DNA of 64,000 nt from Styela clava. Lineage: Eukaryota. Under the pieces are notes generated by a model that saw only the letters and a program-made list of their open reading frames with translations, searched no databases and was not told where the DNA came from. Shown here piece by piece: positions 32,522-44,186 of this stretch (positions within the stretch are counted from its first letter, which is position 1; each line of letters starts with the position of its first letter). Made by a program: the position numbers and the translations under genes. Where the stretch lies: contig NC_135257.1 in the NCBI RefSeq assembly GCF_964204865.1, forward strand, positions 14,136,001-14,200,000. The letters are read 5' to 3'.

Positions 32522-32757
32522 GGGGCTCCCGAAGTATGCGAACCAAGATGGCGGACATCGGAATGTAATATGTGTACTAGGTGAGGGTTAGGCCATAATT
32601 TTAGGTATAAATACTACGGGAGGCTCTTGGCTAGTCTTCGAACTGATAATAGGACTAAAATAAGGAAAATTGGAAAAAAATTATCGCCTAACCCTAACCT
32701 GTTACCCATGTTACGTTCCGATGTCCGCCATCTTGGTTCGCATACTTCGGGAGCACC
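32522..32757. mobile_element. Full-length GG..CC (Merlin-like) MITE with long TIRs
   Basis: ~80-bp TIRs (GGGGCTCCCGAAGTATGCGAACCAAGATGGCGGACATCGGAA...); perfect 8-bp TSD GAAAAAAA. Confidence 0.9.
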
Positions 32758-33501
32758 GAAAAAAAATTTCAGAGGTCAAAGGTCGGGAAACGGTTCATAG
32801 GCTCATAAATAGATGAAAGCAATAAGTCGATCAAAATAAAAAGTTTGTAAATAACAGAACGATAATGTTGTGGTAATGATCTGGAAAGGGTTAGGATAAA
32901 CCTGGGTGAAGCTAGCAGACAGCCTATGAATAAGACTAATTAATTCCATCAGAATCTGTTACCACACCCTGACACCACCCAACACATATTGAACAGGATT
33001 CAATGTGAATGTGATTGTTGTTTTCATTATGTCTATAAACAATGTATACAATAATTTGAGAGGAGCATTTGTAATATGGACAAATGTAATTTAATCATTT
33101 CTGTAACAAAGTAAAAAATATGTCCACAAACCAAAACAAATTTGGGTTAGTTCAAGGTATTCATACATGCTCTATTATAAGTTCACAAATTTTTCGGCGA
33201 CCTCTCAAATTTCTATCATATTTATACTACCAACCCGATTTATTCAGACTATTCAAATAGGATATTATCTTCATGGACAGATTTAGGATTTTTAACCCTA
33301 ATAATTATATAGATATGTATGGGCAAATGCAAGTTGTGAGAAATAAATGGAAAATATGTGGCAGACACAAATATCTGTAATAGAATGAATAGTAACCAGT
33401 ATATAGGCTACCCAATATAAATTACAACTATTAACATCGCATGTCTGCATGTGACATTCATATTATTCTTATAATATTCTATTATTATTATTCTCACAGA
33501 A

Positions 33502-33984
33502 ATGTTGTGCCAAAACAGACTTTTTGTTATTTTTCGTACTAATGTATTTAATAATAAGTGCAAGAAAAAATTTTCATCACAGATAGTATCTGGAAAACCA
33601 TATGCTTCAGATGTTTTGACAGCGCATCTACGTCAAAGGAACTATCCACATTGGACCTCTTATTTTGTAAAGCAAAATAGTGTTAAGAATGATCAATTTG
33701 GAAAATCTCATTTCAATTGGTCAGTTGATTCAGTAAACTACCATGTCTTACGAACTGGATGCTGGCCATTTTTAAAATACCATTGTACAAAGCGTCCATA
33801 TGAAGATCTCCGGTGGGATAATTGTTTTTTCGGGTTTTTAAAAGTCATCAATTTTGGTATTCCCTGCTTTGCTTATGGAGTCGGCTCTTGGTTTCTAATC
33901 ACTTTTGAAGAAAAGGTTAAAACAAAATATGGCAATGTAACTGTTTATTTTTTATATAAAGAAGATAAAGATGCTAGATATTGA
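33502..33984 (+). CDS. C15orf61: C15orf61 (DUF4528) homolog, intronless
   Basis: [71 protein letters not shown] matches the family; splice-acceptor-like TTCTCACAG lies 2 nt before the ATG. Confidence 0.92.
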   Translation: MLCQNRLFVIFRTNVFNNKCKKKFSSQIVSGKPYASDVLTAHLRQRNYPHWTSYFVKQNSVKNDQFGKSHFNWSVDSVNYHVLRTGCWPFLKYHCTKRPYEDLRWDNCFFGFLKVINFGIPCFAYGVGSWFLITFEEKVKTKYGNVTVYFLYKEDKDARY

Positions 33985-34074
33985 TATTGTTACTTACAGT
34001 TACCTTGTGAATACCTGAGGCATTCTGTCTATTGTGGATTTACCTCATCCATTTTCATTACAACAGTGTAATCT

Positions 34075-35376
34075 ATGGCTGAGTTTTCACGATGGAAAGC
34101 AGCTGCACTTGCTAAAGCAGATTTAAGCAGGAAAGGAAGCATAGATTCTGCAATTGAAAACGTTGTACATTTTATTAATGGGCAGTCTGGTTATTTCACC
34201 ACGAGCTCTTGCTCTGGAAGAATATTGCTATGTTCTGATGATGTGACTGGTGACAAAAAGAAGGATGAAAACAATGATGAACCTCGCACAAATAATACCA
34301 AGAAAGGTTGTCAATGGTATTTTGTATCCCATGAGATTGTAAACCCTGTGGATGTAATTGAACACTTAAAGAACATTCGAGGGCCGAGCAAACTAAAATT
34401 TGAACCATTTGTTATGCATGTGCAATGCAATAATATAGAAGCAGCCAGGTGTTTTCATCAAGCATCTGTAGCATCTGGATTTCGTAACTCTGGAATAAGC
34501 CTTGGAAAAGGAGGGAGAAAAATCATATCAGCTGTAAGAGGAACTGCTTGTTTGGAAGTGCCTCTAACGGATATTCAAGTGAGTTTATTATATTTAAGTT
34601 GAATACAAACTATGTATATTGGTCTGTATTTTGTTGAATATGCAACAATTTTGACAACAGTTAAACAATAAATCGAGATGCATTTTTTGCTTCTTGTTTT
34701 GGTCTTGTATGTGTTAGTTAAATTGTTGCTAATTGGCACAATCGGTATTTGGGAGGAGAAGGAGGATTTTTATTGATATGTATATTTTTCTAATTAGCTC
34801 GAACCATTTTGTAACTACTCATCAGGATACTGGTGATGATCAGTCCATTGTGAGCAGAGAAATTTGAATAGTGAGGTACATCTACCTTCAACAATAGCTA
34901 TTGAAATTGTTATTGATGTTGTACTTATGGTTCAAATATTTCTCATTTTGCCTAATACCTAAAGGAGTAAAGGGTCACTGATAAACCATTGACAATTGGT
35001 TATATTATAATCCCATGCTGTTGAGGTATGTGACATTAAGTCTCAATAATTTTTTGGTCATAATGACTAGAATCATTTTCATACTCTAATATTGGATATC
35101 TCTAATTGAAAATGTTGATTCAAGGAAACTAATCATTGGTTTGATTGCTTAATTTTATCTAGGTATTATATTTATATTTGAAAATATTACATATATAACA
35201 TGCTGTGCAGTCTTATGCACAAAAATCTATTCATTCGTTTAATATTTCAGGGAAACCGAATAACTGATGATAAATATGTTGACTATATCATAGAAACCGC
35301 AAATAGAAAACTCCACCGGAACTTCGAAATGATCAAAGTTTTTGAAAGTGAATTGAAAAAGACTCTTCCAAGTTAA
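34075..35376 (+). CDS. TYW3: tRNA wybutosine-synthesizing protein 3
   Basis: Exons 34075-34578 and 35251-35376. DLSRKGSIDS, YFTTSSCSGRI, LKFEPFVMHVQC, SGFRNSGI, AVRGTACLEVPL, ANRKLHRNFEMIKVF. Confidence 0.95.
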
Positions 35377-35602
35377 AATTTTGGCAAAAAAAGTCTTTTA
35401 TGAAGATGAGAAGCCTTGGATGGTACTGAAGGTTTTGAAGATGCTGATGAATGAGAGGCAAACTGAAGAATGTTGCTTAGACACTTCTGATGTTGTGCAT
35501 CATGCGCAAATCATTTGGCTACACATAATCTTCATTTGGTATCCGACATGCAACATTAATATTAATGGCAAAATATTGAATTCTATTTTCATCATTCAAT
35601 GC

Positions 35603-36480
35603 CAAGGGTCACCAAACTACAGCCCACAGGCTGAAACCGACCAGTGGCGCCCTTCCAACTAGACCGCGATAACAGGAACAAAGTTTTGTCCGAATTTTTT
35701 TTCTATGAGATGTTTCCCTTAGAATCGATTTCCTTGTTTATTTCGTAACATTGAGCAATCAGCAGGATGCAAAAAACGACTTAACAATAAGCCTTTTCGC
35801 ATCAACTCAGACAGATTTTCAGTCGTAGTTGTGAACAATACCTCGTTTTTGCAATTTTGAATGCAATTCGTTAGTTTTTGGCTGTGTTTTGGAAATTTAA
35901 GTATGAATCAAATATGTCAATCATCATTTTGTCTTCTTAGGAGTTGTATTATGGTTGCAGTGATCCAAAATTATTCTAAGAATAGCTGTGATGGAATAGG
36001 CTTAAATTCTCTACGGGTACGCAACATTTTTTGCGAAGAATGTACGCTCCGGCGCGTGCTTTCGGCGAAACTGTTACTGTGTACGTTTCTTGTGCCAAAA
36101 TGAACGTATACGTGCATTTTGCGCTAATAGTACTGTAATCTCTCGTGTACTTCTCCGAATTTCACAAGTCACATTAACTTTTGTACTGCTTGCATGCTGC
36201 TATGCATGCCAGCGATGTTTTGCTAACAGCTAACTTCAGGATAGTTTTCAAGATCTAGACATCTTGTATATTTGTTTTGCTATGATTTTCTCAATCTATA
36301 TTCTGCGATATAGAATTTGATATTCAAATCTTCAGAAATGTAGAATTCATATTGTTGGATAAATTGAATGGATTTCCCAACTTTTGTAAATTTATTGTAT
36401 TGCATTGACAAAAATATTTGTCCGGCCCGTTTCAACACAGTTTCATACCTGGCCCATAGTCAAAAAAGTTTGGTTACTAT
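35603..36480. mobile_element. Inverted, diverged copy of the 27858-29259 hAT family
   Basis: Ends CAAGGGTCACCAAACTAC / AAAAAGTTTGGTTAC; 36090-36150 is the reverse complement of 28885-28945. A further fragment lies at ~32055-32380. Confidence 0.75.
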
Positions 36481-37068
36481 GTATGACATAGGCCAAATTG
36501 ATTGTTTTTGCATCCCAACAGGCAATAGCAAAGTATATTATATCTAAAAGCAATATATTTTTCATTTCACTTGATTGAAATTTTATTAACCCAAGTAAAA
36601 AGGCAATTACGACAAAAATATTGCATACATACATTTACCGAAAATTTTTTTGAAACATGTTCCTGGCTATGAAATATATGGGTGCAAACGACCCCTGAGG
36701 AGGGTTGCATCATTGATGACTAGGTATCAATGGTTGCATGCTTTAGTGGGTTTTAAAATGTTAGTTATAAGTTCTGTTTTATAATGAACTCTGTAAATAC
36801 AGTTTCTTTGGTTTCGAAAAATATCTGTCTTAAATTGACACTCCTTTCACGAATTAAAATATCAAATATAACTTGCGCGGCGATCGTCTAGATGTCTAAA
36901 ACAAGAACCGGTGCGCTGATATAACACTGAAAGAATGGAACCACCATAAAATCAACATTGGTTGCATGGCTACGATGGTTCAAATGTTGGTGCGTACCAA
37001 TGTAACAGAGGTGAAAAGAAATGGATACAAGTATCCGCGTAAGTACGAAGGTGGGATGAACGTAGATC

Positions 37069-37557
37069 CAGTGGCGTAGCATCCACGGTCGCGGGAGGGC
37101 CCACAGCGAAAAGGGGCCCAAGCGGTTAGAATTTAGATATTTAAGCCGCAAAACTAAAAGCTGCATTGCAAAACCAGTAATACACATCTTATAATGTTGC
37201 TGTTAGTTCTGCTCAAATCGTTTTGTTACGTAACAATGCCTGGGAGTCGTCGATTTTCGGCGTCTTGTGGTTTGATCGCACCGGCAAAATTACGAAGGCT
37301 GTCAAAATTATGTCGAAAGCGAAACCTCTCAGTGGCGCACAGAAACACAGAAAAAGGGCAGAAGAGGAAGCACTTATGAAAAAAAGTGACCAAGATAAAC
37401 GGCAAATTTTAGGTTACCATTGCCTTTTAATAGCGACATGTTAGGCTTTTTGACGAAATAAAAAAAAGGGTTGTTTTAGCTTATGTCCAAGAGTTTTTAG
37501 GATTATTCCCACGAAATATTTTTGCGGGGGGGGCACGAGAGTCTTGCTATGCCACTG
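37069..37557 (+). mobile_element. Internally deleted hAT element retaining a transposase-like N-terminus
   Basis: TIR CAGTGGCGTAGC / GCTATGCCACTG; perfect TSD CGTAGATC (37061-37068, 37558-37565); encodes MSKAKPLSGAQKHRKRAEEE, resembling hAT transposase starts. Confidence 0.88.
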
Positions 37558-37944
37558 CGTAGATCCGAATGTCCATGGTTGTTACCTTCATTGGCGCAAA
37601 GTTACGGATAATGTACGTAGGACCATAGACGCTGTCATCACTGAGTGATGGTTATTATTTTCCGTGCTGTCATATATTCCGGCTCAACCCAGAACAAAGA
37701 TGCTTCTTTATATTAGTATATTCAGTTACAAGTGGAATTCGTTTTTATTGTGCTTCGAGTATATTCTGAGGCATTCACTCGTTAATAATGTGATTATAAG
37801 TTCGCCAACTGGGCAGAGGGGACACGCGAAAACTTCCGGTAATGTTCAGTATCAATTGTTTGAAATAAATACTTATGTTGATATGTCACCTCGTATAGCC
37901 TACTATGTATTATCGATTAAGTTGGTGCCTGCTCGCTGGGATTT

Positions 37945-38125
37945 CAGGTGTGCCTTATCGTGCTTGTCCCGAACCTCTAATTACTATGCGTGGGTTCGAA
38001 TGCCATGCGGGGATAGTTATGTGGAAGACGAGAATGGTAACCGGAAGAGAGGCGGTGGTGGTTCACCATATGGTTAAGCCGCCTTTTTGCCTTTCCTCTC
38101 CCCCGGGATAAATATGTAAATCCCA
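37945..38125 (+). mobile_element. tRNA-derived SINE, internally deleted
   Basis: B-box-like GGGTTCGAATGCC; the segments GCGGG..TTATGTG and TGGTAACC.GA.GAG.GGC.GTG recur in reverse at 52745-52920. Confidence 0.5.
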
Positions 38126-38371
38126 TTGTTTTGTGACTCAGGACGTAAAATTTTCAACGAAAAATGAGGACGAATCCTCCAAAAGGAGGACGTATGGTCA
38201 CCCTAACAAAACTGGGAATATGTTAAGATTCGCTGATCCAGACAGGTTCCGAATGAAGTGTTTTGCCTGTGACGTCATAATGCATATTTAAATTGAACTT
38301 AAAATTAAACTGACATTCAAATTCATTACTTTGTTCAGGAAGTCGTATCAAACGTCAAACCTTGATCAAAA

Positions 38372-41300
38372 ATGGGAGAAAATTCCGAAACAAGAGGAGA
38401 GAATAAACGAGGCGACAAGGTAAATTGTTACTTCGAATGGGATAGATGGCAAATAAGCGTTACACTCAATCACGTTAAAATAACCAGAGCTCAGGTTTTT
38501 ACTAAGTGTGAATATCTAGAAATTCAAAAATAAAAAAATTCCAAATTGTTTTTTGCGTTTTCCTCAAAACTCCAAATTGTGACTTAGGCCTGTTCTGTTC
38601 TCATCCGGCGATATTTGAATTTTTTGTGTTGAAACAATTTTATTCATAATTTTCAGACCTTTTTTATATTGCGCAAATTTCCATCAGATATACTCATCAA
38701 GCTGGTGTAAATACCGGATATACAACATACGTAAAATTAGCCTAATTAAATGGGAAATACATAAATTTAAACTACGTTAAATGCATCGAGTACGCAAATA
38801 TATTATATATATATTAATCCTCATTACAGAAATGGAAGCATTTCAAAAGCTTTGTGAAGATCTTCTTCTGTTTGACATGCATTTTTCCGAAAGTAAGTTC
38901 GTTTTTACGAGATATGAATACTATTGAACTTTATTGATTTATAAGCAAAGAAAACTACATTAAACATAGCTATGTTAATTGCTCTATAGTAACACTTATG
39001 TCCTCTAATGCAGGGCTTCCCAAACTATATTAAAATTTTTCCCGGCCCTTGTCCACGTTAAATAATGCCAAAGAGTTCGAATTATTCATTTTTGTTGTTT
39101 TATTGGCACAGCTAACTCTCAACTTTAACATGTCTACTCAATAACAAAAACAAGCACATATTTATTCAGATTAACGTTTCTCAATTATTCAGTGTAATAG
39201 GTACGAATGCTTTTTTCTGCATAGCAAGGCCCAATGTATGTTTGTTTATACAGGCCTAAATGATGAATTACGATGTCTGGCTACCGACGGCATGGTCCTT
39301 ATCTCCAATTGTTCACTCTTATTGATCAAACTTAGCATAAGGCAGCATTTTGTGCGACGCCAAATTATGAGGGAAAAAAACTCATGGCGCACCTACACGA
39401 AAAATATACTGCCTCAAAACAAAACACAATTTTGTCATCGTTAATATGTACTAAATGTCTTTTGAGGTTTTTAATCATGTAGGCCCGAGGAATAAAGGCA
39501 AAAAATTAACGTTTCTTTTTTTTTTTTATCTCTGCCTGTTTTTTCTTTAAAATGCTAAAGAACGGCAAAAGGACTTTGATTCATAACTAGGAATTTGTTT
39601 AAAAAGAATTGTTCTAAAACAAATGTTTTAAATCAAGTTTTGCCTGTTTTGTTCAAAATGGCTGTACTATTTGCTTTTTTGTATCAAATAGTTTGAAGTA
39701 AAATGAATGTAAAAACTTGCCAAGCGCTTCTTATATGCAATAAATCTTTCAAAACGCCACAAATATCGATAGAGGACCTGAAGCTGTAGTTCAGTGGTTG
39801 GCGCAGTAAGACGCAACCGATAAGCCCTTCACCTTCCAGGGCCGCGGTCCCTAGTTTGGGAAGCCCTGCTCTAATGAACTATATATTTTATTCATTCAGA
39901 AATCCAAAACAAGAAGACGTGGTGATGAATCAGTTGGTGAGAGAATTACTGCTAATATTTAGGAGGTTACATTGTCGTCAATCAATATCACAAAACTTGG
40001 AAATATTTATGTTGCCTTATATAAATATGAAAGTTTAATATTTTTATTTCATTTGTGTGTGTGTAATATGAAAGTATATGGCGATTTTGACAATTTAAGA
40101 TTTTTGCGCCATGCAATTTTTTCGTCATTACTTTTTTAATTTTATTCAATTACAGATTGCGCGATCTTGACTGGGGAACATTTCCGTGAAAACGTCGAAA
40201 ATGAGATCGCAAAATGTGAGTGTGAAGTATAAACAAATCGACGCATGAAATCCAAATTGGGCTAAGTCCATTTTTCTAGTTTTGAGAAAAACGCAAAAAA
40301 CGTTTTTTTTTTGTTCCTTTTTTTTATTTCTCTAATACCTTACATCGACGATGTCTAGTTTTTATGGTCTACCAAAGTTACAATGAAGGCCATATTTAGA
40401 TGGTATAAAAAAATTTGTGCTCTGCCCCAATTTTTTTTTGGGGGGGGGGGGGTTTGGACTTAACCCTTTTTGGCTCTAAATTTTCTGGACCAGAAACAAT
40501 TTTATTGGACTTAGGGCCCCTTTATTTGGTTATTATAGAGTCTGGTATGGACTTAGCGCTTGGTATTATATTTTTTTAGAGGAGCTATGTCCAAAAAACG
40601 GACTTAGCCCCAACTTACAATGCAGTTATCCAGAGATAAGTCCACTATAGTAGACACAGCTCATTTTAGTTCTCAAATGTTCTAAAAAAGGCAGGGTTAT
40701 GTCCATAGCTGTCTTGAGATCTAGAGCACCTAGAGATAAGGCAAATAGACCAAAATATAGAGCTAAGTCCAGGAAAATCAGCAATTGAAAAATGTCATTT
40801 TTTGGAAAAGTGGACTTAGCACTGTTTGGTTTTGAGGTGTCGAAATGTTTTGTAATAAGCGTAGTGATGGGGCTACGTACATAATGACAACCTAAAATAC
40901 CAGAATAGAATATTTCAAACAAGTGCCGTAAAGATGTTATGATAGACTAATTGTTTTAAAACCGGGACATTCCTATTTCAACGGTGATCTCAGATATGGT
41001 TGTCGGTTTTTGTTGTTAGTACGTGGAGTGAGTCGGGTAGGAATTAAAAACTCAATGTTCACGCCCAAGCTATAGCTGTATAGACTCAGAGATGACATAA
41101 ATGAATGAAGAAAAGTCATTTCGCACTAAAAGCTATTCTACTTTCCTTCAATTAAAATCAAAAGCGTTTATTTTATAACCAGGTACGTTGAAGACTGTTG
41201 TGGTGGATCCAAACATTGAGGATAAAAAATCAGTTCACAGCATAGGTAATGATAATACATTATAGGAAGTATATATATGTTATTATGTTTAATTCAGGCA

Positions 41301-43281
41301 CTTTTACACGTGGTAACCATAAAGGAATATGATACTTACGAAAAATGACATTAAAAAATATATTGCCCATATTTCCAATTTTGCTTATATTTAACTAAAA
41401 TATACAGTATTATAACAATTATTTCGAACTCGATTGTTCAAAAAAATATGTTTTTAACCTTCGCGATAACGGTCAGTAACAAAAATGCGAAAGACTTTCT
41501 AATAGAAAATAATGGATCCAAGTGCCTATAAATAATGAAACTGTGTTTACTGCATTTTAGAATCAGTTGCGAAGCCACCAGCAGGCCCAGTATCAAAAAT
41601 GCTCCAGGGAGGAGGTTTGATAATAACATTTTTACCGAAATAAAAAATAATCGTAAATCGGAAAACTTACGCAGTTCATATCAGTAGATTCTCATCCACC
41701 GATGTTAGTAAATTACGATTTTGTTAATTGGTCTTTGACTCCAATGCGCTCCATTTTGACAAGATTGTTACAAATTTTTCTGATGCATTCTAAAATTAAT
41801 TACAGGTGATTTTCTTGTGGACCTTGAAGCTCAGAATTTAGTACAAGCTGGTAAGTTTTTAAATTGATTTGCGCATTCTATTTTTCATTATATATATATA
41901 TTATATTGTAATGTTGGATGTTAGCTTCTCACTTGGCGACCCTGATCAAGATTTTGCAACGAAAGATATGTTGGCAACGCATAATCTGCGATATTCACAT
42001 AACAAAACATTAATGATCGAATAGGTAGATACGTAAGGTCTAATGATTAATAGGCCATCATAATGTTAGGAAAATACCATAGAAGTGTGATTTAGAACAC
42101 TGATCATATTAATCACTCTCTCTACGTCAGCAGAATTTAAAGGGTTGTACCGAATGCAACATTAAAATGTTCGGAATTATAAAAACCAGCACTAGTTGAG
42201 GTGAAACATCGAGCCGCGAATAAAAGGCTTAAAATAGCGACTTTTTCATTAGCCCAAAATCAATTTTGCAAAACGATTCTTAGGTCTATTTCCTGTTCAA
42301 TGATTTAGTGTGCCAGAAATTGGGACAATTATTTTTTTTTAAATTACTTTTGCATTCGTAGCTTTATACAAGGCCAAAGAAGATTTAATTCGGACCGCTG
42401 ATGGAGACGGAAAAGGTAAATATTTTAATACAATCAAAAACATCTGAAATGAATATATTTATTTTATAAGGTTAAATGATTTAAAATTGTCTTGCGTATG
42501 AAGTGACGAAAAGGTCAATTAATGCTTTTACTTTTTCTAGAAGTGTTATTACAACAAAAAGCTAAAGTCATTGTGGACGAAGGTGATTGTATTGCATGTT
42601 AGATATGATATTTCAGGATTCTAAGTATCACGTTTGAACAAATTTATTTTTGCCAAGGGCCGCATTCAGAATTTTTTTTTTTTGCAGAGGGTCAAATTTA
42701 GTGGATGAGACTGTTGAACTAAAGCTGAAAAAAAATTAATATTTTTGTAACAGTTCATATTTAAGATATTTTGAATAAAGTTTAAAAATAAATCGAAGAT
42801 GTGTAGTTGTGAGAAAGAACGTTCTCCTAAAGCATGAGCCACACAGAATACTTTAGCGTGCCACATGCGACCCGTCGGCCATATTTTCCCCATCTCCGAC
42901 CTAAATAGTAAGGTTAGCAGCCTTGGTAATTCTTCTCGAAACAATTGATTTGCCAACAGATCTATGGTACTAGAAGTTCAAACCCAATTTCAATTAATTA
43001 TTAGTAAATTTTTTTTTTTAACGGGAATGATTTTGCCTTAAGTAAGGCCTCACACTCACTGACATTTCTTTTTCTGCTCACAGCAATTTACGTGGCCATG
43101 AACATTCTCATGAAAGATCCTGTTGTGAAGCAGTCAGGTATGTTCACCTAAGATTTACATTAACTCAATGGATTTGATTTCAAAGATTTGACCGAGGTCA
43201 CCAATTTCCTATAAGTCCCTATCCTTATTGTATTAAAAAATAATCCCTTTATATTTTTCAGATATTGGAGATGGAAAATGA
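38372..43281 (+). CDS. Uncharacterised 161-aa protein with a Cys/polybasic membrane-targeting segment and two AKAP-like amphipathic helices
   Basis: Ten phase-consistent exons with GT-AG introns: 38372-38419, 38830-38892, 39900-39936, 40156-40215, 41183-41245, 41806-41850, 42362-42415, 42541-42582, 43084-43137, 43262-43281, giving one open frame. The first exon is the least certain. Confidence 0.7.
38476..38613 (-). mobile_element. Terminal fragment of the TIR family at 60189-60839
   Basis: Near-exact reverse complement of 60189-60323. Confidence 0.8.
39011..39868. mobile_element. hAT MITE in an intron
   Basis: TIR CAGGGCTTCCCAAACTA / TAGTTTGGGAAGCCCTG; perfect TSD CTCTAATG (39003-39010, 39869-39876). 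Confidence 0.93.
40238..40843. mobile_element. TCG..CGA TIR element with GGACTTAG subterminal repeats
   Basis: Imperfect TIR TCGAC.C...AAA.CCAAA...GCTAAGTCCA; GGACTTAG/CTAAGTCC motifs shared with 60189-60839. Confidence 0.6.
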
Positions 43282-44186
43282 ATGGGCGTATTTTATTATT
43301 TATTTGTTTTTTATTAATAAAATTCACAAAAAAATAAACTTTGGTATTATCTACGAATTGTACTTACCTGATGGGGAATCAAACATTACATTGTATAATA
43401 CAGTTAATACTTAAACTTAGGTATATCAGAGACTTTTTAACGGATGCAGTTCTGAGTTATGTTCGATTGTAGTACTTAATATCGATGATACATCTCAAAA
43501 TTTCCATCTTCCATTTCGAGTCATGGGAACATTTCTATGGGACCACTCTAACATCTTTTTAAGTAACAATAATTTCATATACACTATTATTCTATAATGA
43601 AAATAAAACATTTCTGTGTTTAGTCTATGGTTGGCCCAAAATGGTAGCTACACGTGGCGTGAAGAAAGTACCTCACAACTCGAGGTTGACAATAATTTCG
43701 CATATTCTTTTGAATAGACTAGGTATATATTTACGGACTGGGATATTCTTGTTTTTCGGTTGACGAAACAATAGATCATTCTCTCTTTTTGCTACGGGTT
43801 GAAAACTAAATATTCTATCATTCAATTAAGGCATAAATAGCTCTTTCATGAAATACTAGGAACGAACCTCAATTTATTCTTTTATAATAGTTTGTCATTT
43901 TCATTATTTTTTCTTCATGTAAACCCGTATGCGATTTTTATATCTGATAAACGCCTAATCCCACTTGAATATTTTGCGCGTTCATTTGTCTCTTACTTTT
44001 GCTTGGGATTAAATGATATTGTATAAGGGCAGAGTGGAATTTTTATATGAAGACAAGCGTGGTCGAAATAAACGTATAAAAAAATTCGACTCCGGCTTCA
44101 GGCTTTTCACAGTCAGAAATTCCGACTCCGACTCGACCCCCGGGAGTTCGTTATTTCTTAATTGTCGACCGTGGGGCTCTGGAACT

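Noticed and set aside
37664-38077. 137-aa ORF
   Set aside because: GTG start, and the 3' part lies in a SINE-like repeat also found at 52745-52960.
38657-38730. Possible extra exon of the AKAP-like gene
   Set aside because: In the phase set by exon 1 it reaches TAA; exon 1 joins 38830 cleanly without it.
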